Shown here: in pieces, positions 28,640-38,087 of the stretch
Layout: each line of letters begins with the position of its first letter
Position numbering within the stretch: the first letter of the stretch is position 1
DNA from: Flavobacteriales bacterium
Lineage (GTDB): Bacteria; Bacteroidota; Bacteroidia; CAIKAF01
Reading direction: 5' to 3'
Assembly (NCBI GenBank): GCA_025055575.1
Contig: JANWWP010000066.1
Span: 4,332 to 68,331, forward strand
Length of the DNA: 64,000 nt
Notes under the pieces: generated by a model
Database searches by the model: none
The model's input: the letters and a program-made list of their open reading frames with translations, nothing else
What the model was told of the DNA's origin: nothing
Program-made: the position numbers and the translations under genes

Positions 28640-31459
28640 TTACTTTTCTGGTTTCAAAACAAACAAAGCTTCGTGGGTGTCGTTAAAATATTTCTGGGAC
28701 CATTCCTGTAATTTTTTGATTGTCAAGGCATCTAGCCAAGTATTGTAAGCGGTGAAATCAAAGAAAGGTTTTTGATAGAGGGCCATTCTGAAAAGTTGAC
28801 CTGCCCACCATTCGTTGGTTTTTTGATCGGTTTCCAGCTCACGACGTAAGGTTTCCCGCACTTTTTGAAGATAGGAAGCCTCCGTGCCTTTTTCCTTCAC
28901 TTCGCGTACCACGCGGCGCGTTTCAGATACAAGCTCCTCCACTCTCTGTGGATCACAACTAAATTCGATCTCAGATTCAAAATGGGGCTCCGGCCATGGG
29001 GCCACGACAGTGCGGCACCGCACATAATAAACACCGCCCTTGTCTTCCCTCAGAACTTCGCGAAGCCTGATGGCCATCAGACTTGCGGCCGCCTTGGCCT
29101 CCCAAGCGCTTTCATCCGAAAATTCCGAAGCGCCATGGATTTTGAAAACCACCTGAGATTTGGGATCCAGGCCTTTGTTAAGGATATATGAATATTTGCC
29201 CTTCACAGGACGATCGCCGCGGTCCACCCAGTTTTCCCTCTGCCTCGATGCCGGCAGGGAAGCTATGTAGGTCGTCACCAGGTCCTGACATATTTCCTCG
29301 TCCAGACTTCCCACAATGATGAAGGCAAAATCGCCGGGATTGGCCAGCCGCTCCTTCATGATGGCCCGGGCCCGCTCCGGATTAACTGAATTCAGCTTCT
29401 CCGCTATAGGCCTCAGGTAGCGCGGGTGGCGGTTGTGGTACAAAAAATTCACACTGTCATTGAATACCACTTCGGGGTTGTTCACCATCAAGGCCAGCGC
29501 CGTTTTTTCTTTTTCCAAAGCCAAGCGCACTCCATTGTCGTCCATCCGGGGATTTTGGAAGTACAAGTACACCATTTGAAACAAGGTTTCAATGTCGCCT
29601 TTTGCGCTTTCTCCGTTCAAAGTTTCGTAATATTTTTCCACAGAGAACGACAGGTTCAGATTTTTGCCCTTCATCATTTTCTCAAGAGTGGAAGCGTCAA
29701 AGGGGCCCAGGCCGCTCTCCCGCATCATGGCATCCACCATTTCGGCATGTATCAAATCTTGGTCCTCATATATAGAGGTGCCCCCTCGGCTCACAGCCCG
29801 GAACAGGATCTGATCATTTTTGAAATGGGTGGGCTTAAAATAAACCCGCGCCCCATTGGCCAGGATAAATTCACGGATATCTGTGTCCGGTAAGGTTCGG
29901 GTCATGCGCACGGCGCCTTTTTGAGGTTTTTGGTCCAGAAGGCTCTCCGCAACCCGCACTTCCGAGAGGGGCTCCGGACTGGAAGACAGGGCTTTTTCAA
30001 AAGCCTGGCGAAAATCCTCTTCTTTAGGCGGTATTTCACCTTCTTTTTCAGCCCCCATGGAAATGATCTTAGGAAAAGCCAGCCGGCTTATATATTCCGG
30101 CAAAAGGGCTTTCACATCGGCCATGGAGAGTTCAGAAAGAAGGCGCTTTTTCTTTTCGTATTCTGCCTCAGGGGCCGGAAAAGGCTGATCCTGAAGAAAA
30201 TGACCCACCAGGCGCATGGCCAGTTTGTCGGATTCCCGCTTATCCCGCTCGTTGTATTCTGTTTCGGCTTGTTTTAAAAGATCGGCTTTTTGACGGTCCA
30301 ATTCAGCCTGGGTGAAGCCATGAAGTTGCACGCGGCGCAATTCGGTGGCCAGCCATTCGGTGGCAAGAACATCCTGACCCGGCTTGGGCACCACCACCCC
30401 AAAAAAGGCACTGTTGTTCCGAAGAAAATCAAAAGCCCCCGCAAAACCAAACAGATAGGGGCTTTCAGGCTTTTTAGCCAGATCCGAGAGCCGTTCGTTC
30501 AACATACCGTTGATCAGGTCTGTGGTGAGCTTCCGCTTGTAATCAGCCTCTGTTTTAAAGGGCTTTTTTTCCAGCATATAAATCAATTGCACGGCGTTGA
30601 ACATGGCTTCGGGATCACGCACCACGGCCACTTGAAGACGGTCGTTGGCAGGCACCTTGTAAGACTCACGACGCCGCGGTACGGACGGCTTGGACAGGGT
30701 TGAAAAGTGCTTTTTGATTTTACCTTCCATATCGGAGGGGTTAACATCCCCCACCACCATCACGGCCATCAGGTCCGGCCGATACCAATCGCGGTAGAAC
30801 CGCCGGAGCACCTCATGCTTAAAACTTTCTAAAATGTCTTTTTTTCCGATGGGCAGACGATCGCCATAGCGCGTGCCTCCAAATATCACAGGCCAGTATT
30901 TCTGCCGCATACGCTCCTCAGCGCCCTGCCCCAACCGCCATTCTTCCACCACCACGCCGCGCTCCTTCTCTACTTCCTCCGGATCGAACGCCAGTCCCCC
31001 AGCCCAGTCGGCCAGGATTTCAAGCGCTTTGTCCACCACGCCGGCGCTGTCGGTGGGCACCTGCAGCATGTACACGGTTTCGTCAAAACTGGTAAATGCA
31101 TTCAAATGGGGTCCAAACTTGGTGCCCACGCTTTCAAGAAAGTTCACCAATTCGTTTTTCTGGAAACGGCGGGTTCCATTAAATGCCATGTGTTCACAAA
31201 AGTGGGCCAAACCTTGTTGGTCGTCATCTTCCTGGCAGGAGCCCGCGTTTACCGCCAGGCGCATTTCCACCCGTTTTTCGGGCTTGCTGTTACGAAGAAT
31301 GTAATATTTAAGTCCATTGGGAAGGACACCGGTGCGGACGGCAGGGTCCAATGTGAAAAAAGGCGGATTAGAGGCCTTTTGGCACCAACTCTTGCCCGTC
31401 CAAAAAAACAAAAAAATGGGAAGGACCCTTAAAAGGTATGGCCTGAAATAAGTGTACAT
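28640..31459 (-). CDS. M16-family (pitrilysin/insulinase-like) zinc peptidase, single-chain two-domain, secreted
   Basis: Inverted zinc motif HFCEHMAFNGT (HxxEH), signal peptide, about 940 aa. Confidence 0.8.
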   Translation of the reverse strand: MYTYFRPYLLRVLPIFLFFWTGKSWCQKASNPPFFTLDPAVRTGVLPNGLKYYILRNSKPEKRVEMRLAVNAGSCQEDDDQQGLAHFCEHMAFNGTRRFQKNELVNFLESVGTKFGPHLNAFTSFDETVYMLQVPTDSAGVVDKALEILADWAGGLAFDPEEVEKERGVVVEEWRLGQGAEERMRQKYWPVIFGGTRYGDRLPIGKKDILESFKHEVLRRFYRDWYRPDLMAVMVVGDVNPSDMEGKIKKHFSTLSKPSVPRRRESYKVPANDRLQVAVVRDPEAMFNAVQLIYMLEKKPFKTEADYKRKLTTDLINGMLNERLSDLAKKPESPYLFGFAGAFDFLRNNSAFFGVVVPKPGQDVLATEWLATELRRVQLHGFTQAELDRQKADLLKQAETEYNERDKRESDKLAMRLVGHFLQDQPFPAPEAEYEKKKRLLSELSMADVKALLPEYISRLAFPKIISMGAEKEGEIPPKEEDFRQAFEKALSSSPEPLSEVRVAESLLDQKPQKGAVRMTRTLPDTDIREFILANGARVYFKPTHFKNDQILFRAVSRGGTSIYEDQDLIHAEMVDAMMRESGLGPFDASTLEKMMKGKNLNLSFSVEKYYETLNGESAKGDIETLFQMVYLYFQNPRMDDNGVRLALEKEKTALALMVNNPEVVFNDSVNFLYHNRHPRYLRPIAEKLNSVNPERARAIMKERLANPGDFAFIIVGSLDEEICQDLVTTYIASLPASRQRENWVDRGDRPVKGKYSYILNKGLDPKSQVVFKIHGASEFSDESAWEAKAAASLMAIRLREVLREDKGGVYYVRCRTVVAPWPEPHFESEIEFSCDPQRVEELVSETRRVVREVKEKGTEASYLQKVRETLRRELETDQKTNEWWAGQLFRMALYQKPFFDFTAYNTWLDALTIKKLQEWSQKYFNDTHEALFVLKPEK

Positions 31460-31842
31460 GACTTTAGAGGCGTGATTAGATTTCGGCCCCTAAAGTACGT
31501 CCAGAATAAAAAATTGTTCGGAAGAAAATTTTGATTTATTGAAATAGAAACTTTTAAATAAACTTTCCCTGATTTTAGAAGACTTTCTGATATTGGGTTG
31601 AGTCATTAGGATTTAAACCCAAGCCGCCTTGTGAACAATTAAATTTTCATTGAATAATTTATAAAAACTTATATATTTGAATCGCTAAAATTATTGTTTT
31701 TTTATTGAATTCCATAAAATCTAAACCCAAATATTAGGCTAAAACTGTCTTTGGAACCGCGGGTGAGAAAATCATGTTATTGCCAGTTAAACAAGCAGAA
31801 TTAAAAATAAATATAATACGGCAAAAGAATCACCAATACTTA

Positions 31843-32325
31843 CTAAGGAGCATCCATAAATTCTGCTTCGATGGAAGATTCGCCGCACTTATTGGTACCT
31901 TTCATTCCGATATTATCTGGACGATCATTAAACCGGCCAATCTTTAAAAAGAAATTATTGCGACACCAGGAAAAGTTGGACGGTAAATAATCGCTGGAGC
32001 GCACACCATTATCGGAAAATTCAATTCGGTTATCGCTGGGGTAAACATTCCCTTTGACATTAGTAGTACGACGATAATCCCTGGAATCCAATCTAAAAGT
32101 TTCTTCTAAAATACCTGTAAATGAGTTGTCATCATAGACCTTCACCCCGTATAACTTATACTGAAGGTAACCATACCCTCCTTCTAAAATACTTGCAGAA
32201 AATCTGCCGCCCCCATACCAAGTGCGTTCCAAAACTTCTTTCACGCTTTGGGCATGAACTACTAAAAGGTCAATAGAAAAACAGATGATGAAAACAAAAA
32301 AATTAATCAAATATTTTTTTATCAT
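31843..32325 (-). CDS. Hypothetical small secreted protein (160 aa), low GC
   Basis: Signal peptide MIKKYLINFFVFIICFSIDLLVVHA. Lies directly downstream of the large tail-fibre-like gene. AT-rich codon usage, unlike its neighbours. Confidence 0.4.
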   Translation of the reverse strand: MIKKYLINFFVFIICFSIDLLVVHAQSVKEVLERTWYGGGRFSASILEGGYGYLQYKLYGVKVYDDNSFTGILEETFRLDSRDYRRTTNVKGNVYPSDNRIEFSDNGVRSSDYLPSNFSWCRNNFFLKIGRFNDRPDNIGMKGTNKCGESSIEAEFMDAP

Positions 32326-32370
32326 TTTACAAAGATGCCAAAAATCTTTTATAAAAATTCAAAATATGGG

Positions 32371-35300
32371 TTACTCATGAGCGGATACGTTACCGGAAGC
32401 ATTAAAGATCCAAGACCTAAGCTGGCTGTTTTCTTGTTTTAATTGCTTTAATTCTTGCTCTAACTGAAGGACCAATTTTTCGAGATATTCCTGTTTTTGA
32501 GCTGCCTTTTGGCTTCTCTCGTTCAAGGCTTGAATGCCTAAAAGAGCCACCCCGGCCACATCAGAAGCCGCCAGAGAATGAGAGGCTCCCGGTGCGTTTT
32601 GAACCCCTGTATGAAAGGCAGAGAAGAAATCTTCGGCATAGGGCCCGATGTGATATTCATCAGATTCTTTATAAAACCAACCTTCCACTTTTAGTTGGGA
32701 TATTTTTTGAAGCACTTCGTCCGGAACCAAGGCCGTGAATCTGTCTTTTTTGCCGCGCGTGGAAACGTTTGTCCAGACTCCGCCAGCTGAAAGATAGGCG
32801 CCATTTCCATTGCTGCTGTTCGTACCCACATGGATGGGGTGGTCCCCATCGAAACGATTGACCACCAAAAAGCCGGATGGGCTGCCTGATCCGCTTCCAA
32901 AAAAGTACACGCGATGGGTTTCAGTAACAGTGGGGGAAACGTTTTGTCCAAAAACAAGATTGAAAGAAGCATTTGCCGTATTACCAATTCCGCCCAGAAC
33001 CGTGCTGTAACCACCTGATACTACGTTATCCTGCCCTCCAATAACAGAGCCATAAGAAGCGGAGCTATAGATGGCGTTATTTGTGCCACCGGCTATGGTA
33101 CCACCAGAGGCTAAAACCGAATTATTGTCACCGCCTCCCACTGTGGCATAATCATTGTCAATCTGGTTATTAGACCCACCTGAAATGGTGCCTGTGGTCC
33201 ACCCCTCATTAATGACATTATTGTATCCACCCGAAATTACGTGGTAATAGTCCGTCCCTCCGCTGCCTCCAATTTGATTGAACGCACCGCCGCCGATACA
33301 TGAATAATATCCGTTCACGGAATTATTTGCTCCCCCTGCAACCACTGAACCTTCATAATTTACGAAATTGGCGTTACCCCCGCCTATGAAACCATAATCT
33401 GATCCAACAAGATTACCCTGGCCCCCTGAAACCGCACCATACTGCGAAATCACTTGGTTATCGGAGCCACCCCCAATAAATCCATAAGGCCCTCCGGAAT
33501 TGATGCTGTTATTAATGCCTCCAAATAGGGCAGAACCATATGAATTGGCGTCATTAGAATAGCCACCCCCGATGGAGGCGAACTGTCCAGCTACAGTGTT
33601 TGTAGACCCTCCCAACAATGCGCTTGAGTTTCCAGTAGCACTATTTAATATGCCTCCAGCAATCACCGAGTAAGTGCCGCTGGCAGAATTATTTGCCCCC
33701 CCGCCGATGGATGAAGTATTCCCTGTGGCAAAGTTGGAAGATCCCCCAGCCACCGTGGCCGTTGTGTTGGAAGCCTGATTTTGAAATCCTCCTGCCACCA
33801 CGGAAGCCCCTCCCGTAGCCTGATTCTGGTATCCACCTCCCACTGCGCTGTATATGGCGGCACTCGAATTGCCTTGACCTCCTCCAATGAAGCTGTTGTC
33901 GCCTGAACTGGTGTTGTTAAGGCCTCCGGCCACCACCGCGTCGGCTCCACTGGCCGTGTTGCGCCGGCCACCAGAAATGACCGCGTGATTCCCGGATGCC
34001 ACTTGTGTGGCTGACATTCGATCTATTTGCCAATCCACTGCCCTAAGACCCCGTGGATTCCCACCGAGGTCCCTTTGGATGCTCCAGGCCGGAGCAGAAA
34101 ATCCCGGAGGATTCAAAATCAGTGAATTTTGGTTTTGGACACGCAACTGGAGGGGTTGATTGTCCAGCGTTCCCACAAATGCCGCCGTGCCAGATTGAAG
34201 ACCAATATTACCATTCACGACGAGGCGTTCACTGGGACTTGTGGTATTTATACCCACATTCCCCCCGCTTGTCACACGGAGTCTTTCACTATTATTGGTT
34301 CTGACAACCAGCGGATTGGCATCCGTGGTTCCCAGAAAATTCGTGGTAGGATCGGTTCCACCATTCCCATTCAGCAGCCAACCACTTCCACCGCCTCCCA
34401 GAACCGAAGGGTCTAACCAGGACAAATTGCCACTGCCATCCGTCTGAAGAATTCCAGCGGAAGGCGTAGTTACCGGAGACAATGTAGAAGGCCAAGTGTA
34501 GGTGATGTTTGAAGTTTGACTTTGGGCCCTGAAAGCTGTGTACTCAGCGCTGCCGCTGGCATTGGAGGTGGGTTCATAAAAACGCAATTCCCGGGCTGTG
34601 TTGTCTCGGTTGTAGAGCCAAAGATTAACGTCTACGAAGGCTGCAATATTAGAGAATGAACTTAAGTTGGTGGAAGTTGGAGTAATCTGTCCACTATAGC
34701 CAAAACTATAACTTCCAAGAGTGAGCCTTTGTCCTCCAGCGATAGCACTGTATGCTCCTGAAGCAGAATTGTGCGCGCCACCGCATACAACACTGGTGTT
34801 TCCAGAAGTCTGATTGTTGCTGCCTCCCCCTATAAAACTGTGGTTGCCAGGGGCCTGGTTACCGCCTCCCCCAGAAATTGTGGAAGCATATCCATTGGCC
34901 ACATTCACGCCCCCACCTCCTACTGTTGCATATTCACTACTGGCAACATTGGACCTACCGCCGGCAACCGTGGTGTAGTAATGCGAACTTTTATTGTATA
35001 TGCCCCCGCCGATGACACTCGCATATCCGCTAGCCACTTCGTCCAGGTTCGCTCTGGCACTTTGCAAATCCACAGCATGCTCCCCTCTTGTGTTTCCCGT
35101 ACCGCGTTGAATACTCCAGTTGCCTGGTGAAGTACCGGGTACATTCATTCGAAACACCTCGGTGTTGTTGGCGCGGAATACAATTGGTTGATTATCAGTA
35201 GTTCCTATAAAATTTGTGGCCGGATTCGTACCGCTGTTACCCGTTAGGTTCCAAAAGTTGCTATTAGTCCACACAGGAGTGCCCGCTCCACCTATCGTCA

Positions 35301-36153
35301 GAATTTGATTTGCCGTACCTGGAGCCAACCAGGTGGGGGGCAGGGAAGCGCCTGAAGAAAGGAGCAAACTACCGTTTAATCCGGCAGAGTTGTTAGGCAT
35401 GAAAGCATTATCAAGGCGAAGATTTCCGCTCACATGAAGACGCTCTGTCGGAGTGGAGGTACCCACCCCAACGTTACCTGAGGCTGAAATCCTTAAACGT
35501 TCGTTACTATTGGTTGAAAAAGCCAACTCATTGGCAGCGGCCCTGTACATACCCATGCTGGTCGTAGAGTTAAATCGAAAGGCAGGGACAGAAGCCGTCC
35601 CGTCGTTGGCAATAAATCCACTCTCGGCCCGCACCCCCCCAGCCACATGCAACTTATGACTGGGGGATCCGGTGACTCCAATCCCCACAGAACCCGAGCC
35701 TGTAAACCGAAAATCAAAACCAGCCTGGGCAATATCTGTGTTTTGAAGAAGCGTACCGCCCAGCTGAATATGGCTACCCGTCATTGTGAGCCCATTGTCG
35801 GCCGTCACGTTGGCTACACCATTTTGAAGCCGAGTCCATTGAGTGCCATTCCAATAATAAAATCCAGGCGTCACATTCGTCGGAGGAGTGCCCGCCGTGG
35901 CGGTATTGTAAACCAAAAGGCCTGTAGCGCAACAGCTCACCACGGTTGTGTTGTCCAAAGTTCCTGTGAGAGCAAGCCTTGGAACCAACACACCACGATT
36001 CCCCGCCTTGATATCTAACTGAGCGCTGGCATCCGGAGAGGATCCGTCCGTATTTATACCCACATTTTGACCCAAGAGGCCAAAGGGCAAAGTTATCAAC
36101 AAACCACTGTAAAAAATTTTATTCAAAGTGTAGTTATTATTTTTTATTTTCAT
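32371..36153 (-). CDS. Surface fibre protein with phage-tail-fibre-like architecture: signal peptide, long Gly-rich YadA-head / Hep_Hag-like repeats, C-terminal peptidase-S74 intramolecular-chaperone domain and coiled coil
   Basis: Repeats of the form NxASGxYSxIgGGxxNxAsGxxSxVaGG across aa ~370-1000. C-terminus STRGKKDRF...IGPYAEDF...SDVAGVALLGIQALNERSQ...LEQELKQLKQENSQL matches the S74 auto-cleaving chaperone domain of phage endosialidase / L-shaped tail fibres. Confidence 0.65.
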   Translation of the reverse strand: MKIKNNNYTLNKIFYSGLLITLPFGLLGQNVGINTDGSSPDASAQLDIKAGNRGVLVPRLALTGTLDNTTVVSCCATGLLVYNTATAGTPPTNVTPGFYYWNGTQWTRLQNGVANVTADNGLTMTGSHIQLGGTLLQNTDIAQAGFDFRFTGSGSVGIGVTGSPSHKLHVAGGVRAESGFIANDGTASVPAFRFNSTTSMGMYRAAANELAFSTNSNERLRISASGNVGVGTSTPTERLHVSGNLRLDNAFMPNNSAGLNGSLLLSSGASLPPTWLAPGTANQILTIGGAGTPVWTNSNFWNLTGNSGTNPATNFIGTTDNQPIVFRANNTEVFRMNVPGTSPGNWSIQRGTGNTRGEHAVDLQSARANLDEVASGYASVIGGGIYNKSSHYYTTVAGGRSNVASSEYATVGGGGVNVANGYASTISGGGGNQAPGNHSFIGGGSNNQTSGNTSVVCGGAHNSASGAYSAIAGGQRLTLGSYSFGYSGQITPTSTNLSSFSNIAAFVDVNLWLYNRDNTARELRFYEPTSNASGSAEYTAFRAQSQTSNITYTWPSTLSPVTTPSAGILQTDGSGNLSWLDPSVLGGGGSGWLLNGNGGTDPTTNFLGTTDANPLVVRTNNSERLRVTSGGNVGINTTSPSERLVVNGNIGLQSGTAAFVGTLDNQPLQLRVQNQNSLILNPPGFSAPAWSIQRDLGGNPRGLRAVDWQIDRMSATQVASGNHAVISGGRRNTASGADAVVAGGLNNTSSGDNSFIGGGQGNSSAAIYSAVGGGYQNQATGGASVVAGGFQNQASNTTATVAGGSSNFATGNTSSIGGGANNSASGTYSVIAGGILNSATGNSSALLGGSTNTVAGQFASIGGGYSNDANSYGSALFGGINNSINSGGPYGFIGGGSDNQVISQYGAVSGGQGNLVGSDYGFIGGGNANFVNYEGSVVAGGANNSVNGYYSCIGGGAFNQIGGSGGTDYYHVISGGYNNVINEGWTTGTISGGSNNQIDNDYATVGGGDNNSVLASGGTIAGGTNNAIYSSASYGSVIGGQDNVVSGGYSTVLGGIGNTANASFNLVFGQNVSPTVTETHRVYFFGSGSGSPSGFLVVNRFDGDHPIHVGTNSSNGNGAYLSAGGVWTNVSTRGKKDRFTALVPDEVLQKISQLKVEGWFYKESDEYHIGPYAEDFFSAFHTGVQNAPGASHSLAASDVAGVALLGIQALNERSQKAAQKQEYLEKLVLQLEQELKQLKQENSQLRSWIFNASGNVSAHE

Positions 36154-36358
36154 GTATTAATTGTTTTGGTTTAATGTTCACAAATTTAATAAATTAAATA
36201 CCCAGAAGTATTCATTTTGTTTTTTTTAACTATGTAATAATGCCAAAAGATCAAACTTTAGCATTTGTTTATTTTTTTCAAACAATAGTTATGTTTATAT
36301 TGTAACAAAAAATTTGAATAAAAACTTGATTTTAAATAATTTATTATTTATTTGAAAA

Positions 36359-36373
36359 TTATTTTGCCATCCC
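36359..36373 (+). promoter_or_regulatory. TTATTTTGCCATCCC motif (Bacteroidetes -7-like TAnnTTTG variant) about 70 nt upstream of the hotdog/GT2 operon
   Basis: The identical 15-mer recurs 13 nt upstream of panB at 43627..43641. Confidence 0.3.
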
Positions 36374-36442
36374 CTATCGTATTTCCACCCGAGTTATACC
36401 CCGAGAATAATTAATTATTTACTTTAGCCACGTAGATCCACG

Positions 36443-36850
36443 ATGAGTTTTAATTTAGTTACGTATATTAAGGAAACTGAAACTTTGTTCCAAATTAAGG
36501 CTGAAAGAAACTTGCATGGCACATCGTGGCAATGGGAAGTGCATGTGTCCAGCAGCCATCCCATTCTGGCCGCTCATTTCCCCGGACTGCCTGTAGTGCC
36601 GGGCATCATGCAACTGCATCTGGTGCGCCGGGCTGCAGAACATGTATTAAAAAAATCTCTGGCTTGGGAAGGTCTTCAGAAAGCCAAGTTTTTTAATCCC
36701 TGGACGCCGTCCCAAGCCCCAGTTGCCTTGCTCATGCTTTCCATCCAGGAAGGGCCGGACAAAACCACCGGACGCTGGCGCGTGGATGCCCGGATTGCCC
36801 ACGGGGAAATGGCCATTTTGCAGGTAAAAGGACAACTGCGCGCATGCTAG
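36443..36850 (+). CDS. FabZ/FabA-like hotdog-fold (3R)-hydroxyacyl-ACP dehydratase-family protein
   Basis: HFPGLPVVPGIMQLHL matches the FabZ active-site region HFPGxPVxPGVL. Confidence 0.6.
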   Translation: MSFNLVTYIKETETLFQIKAERNLHGTSWQWEVHVSSSHPILAAHFPGLPVVPGIMQLHLVRRAAEHVLKKSLAWEGLQKAKFFNPWTPSQAPVALLMLSIQEGPDKTTGRWRVDARIAHGEMAILQVKGQLRAC

Positions 36851-38070
36851 TCCCTGAGGAAAAAGCTGAAATCATTCGGCTAAGCCGGCAATTCCGGGTG
36901 TGTTGCGTGGTACCGTTTTTCAACAACCGACAGCATGTCACTCAAGTTCTAAAGCAGCTCCTGGCTCTGGGCTTTCCGGTGATTGCTGTGAGCGATGGCA
37001 GCACCGATGGTTCTGCAGAGGAAGTTCAGCCATTGAATCTTCGCGCCTTTCTGAAATATTCCCCCAACCGCGGAAAAGGCTATGCCTTGCGCCTGGCCTT
37101 CCAGAAATCTCTGGAACTTGGCTACGCATATGCCATCACGGTGGATGCGGACGGGCAGCATGTCCCTTCCGAAGCGCTGGCGCTTCTGAAAGCGCTGGAG
37201 GCCCACCCGGGTGCCCTGGTGGTGGGAGCGCGCCGCATGGAAGGAAAGGAGCAGTCCCAAGCCGCCGGATTTGCCAATCGCTTTTCCAACTTCTGGTTTG
37301 GCGTGCATGCCCTCCAAAGGCTTTCCGATACCCAAAGCGGCTTCAGGCTGTATCCGCTGAGAGCTGTGACAGGCTTGCGCCTGATGGGCCGACGTTATGA
37401 ATTTGAAGTGGAAGTCCTTGTGAAAGCGGCCTGGCGGGGCATTAAAATTGTGGAAACCCCGGTAGATGTCTGCTACCCGCCCCGGTCCGAACGGGTGAGT
37501 TTTTTCAGGCCCGGCTGGGATTTTTTCCGTATTTCCCTCATGAATACCTACCTCACGTTGGGGGCCCTGCTTTACGGACACTGGGTCATTCTGGCCCGGA
37601 GGTTGTCTTGGAAAAGTCTGACCAGCTTCCTGCGCCGTCATGTTTTCAGCCGCGAGGAACCTGTGTGGAAAAAAGCCGCCAGCATTGGCCTGGGGGTGTG
37701 CATGGGCATCGTGCCTGTGTGGGGTTGGCAAATGCTGTCGGCCGGTATTTTAGCCCACATGCTGAAATTAAATAAAGGTTTGGCCGTTATCAGCTCCAAC
37801 ATCTCCATGCCGCCCATGTTACCTTTTATTATTTGGGGAAGTGTGGAAACCGGCGCCCTTTTCTTTCCTCCAGAACGGCGGTTCAAACCTCGTTGGGAAT
37901 ACCTGCAAGCCGATCCCTGGCAAGCCTTAGGAGCGGGAGGTATGCAATATGTCCTGGGCGCTGTGGCACTGGGTATCCTGGCCGGTCTTGCGGCTTTTGT
38001 TATTTCTTTGCCCCTACTTCATTTAGTCCGCCAGAAGAATTGGAAGAAACAAGTCCCGCCCTCCGCCTAA
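36844..38070 (+). CDS. GT2 polyprenyl-phosphate glycosyltransferase (GtrB/ArnC/DPM1-like) fused to a C-terminal DUF2062-like membrane domain
   Basis: VVPFFNN...SDGSTDGS, NRGKGYAL, ITVDADGQH and DTQSGFRLYP motifs. C-terminal TM helices. 7-nt overlap with the hotdog gene. Confidence 0.7.
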   Translation: MLVPEEKAEIIRLSRQFRVCCVVPFFNNRQHVTQVLKQLLALGFPVIAVSDGSTDGSAEEVQPLNLRAFLKYSPNRGKGYALRLAFQKSLELGYAYAITVDADGQHVPSEALALLKALEAHPGALVVGARRMEGKEQSQAAGFANRFSNFWFGVHALQRLSDTQSGFRLYPLRAVTGLRLMGRRYEFEVEVLVKAAWRGIKIVETPVDVCYPPRSERVSFFRPGWDFFRISLMNTYLTLGALLYGHWVILARRLSWKSLTSFLRRHVFSREEPVWKKAASIGLGVCMGIVPVWGWQMLSAGILAHMLKLNKGLAVISSNISMPPMLPFIIWGSVETGALFFPPERRFKPRWEYLQADPWQALGAGGMQYVLGAVALGILAGLAAFVISLPLLHLVRQKNWKKQVPPSA

Positions 38071-38087
38071 GAAACCTTCTCCGGCAC

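Noticed and set aside
31460-31842. 383-bp AT-rich tract as a possible genomic-island boundary, att site or small RNA locus
   Set aside because: No integrase, tRNA or direct repeats in the vicinity. It is most simply the shared upstream/downstream region of the M16 peptidase and small secreted-protein genes. It is retained only as context for the tail-fibre-like locus.
36949-37731. 260-aa minus-strand ORF
   Set aside because: Antisense to the GT2 glycosyltransferase gene, whose conserved motifs are in the plus frame. No motifs of its own.
37833-38087. Upstream extension of the 918-aa track ORF (MGKCGNRRPF...)
   Set aside because: It overlaps the GT2-DUF2062 gene by about 240 nt and encodes Arg/Ser-rich sequence. 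A signal-peptide-like start further downstream (TTG 38088 or ATG 38160) is more plausible.
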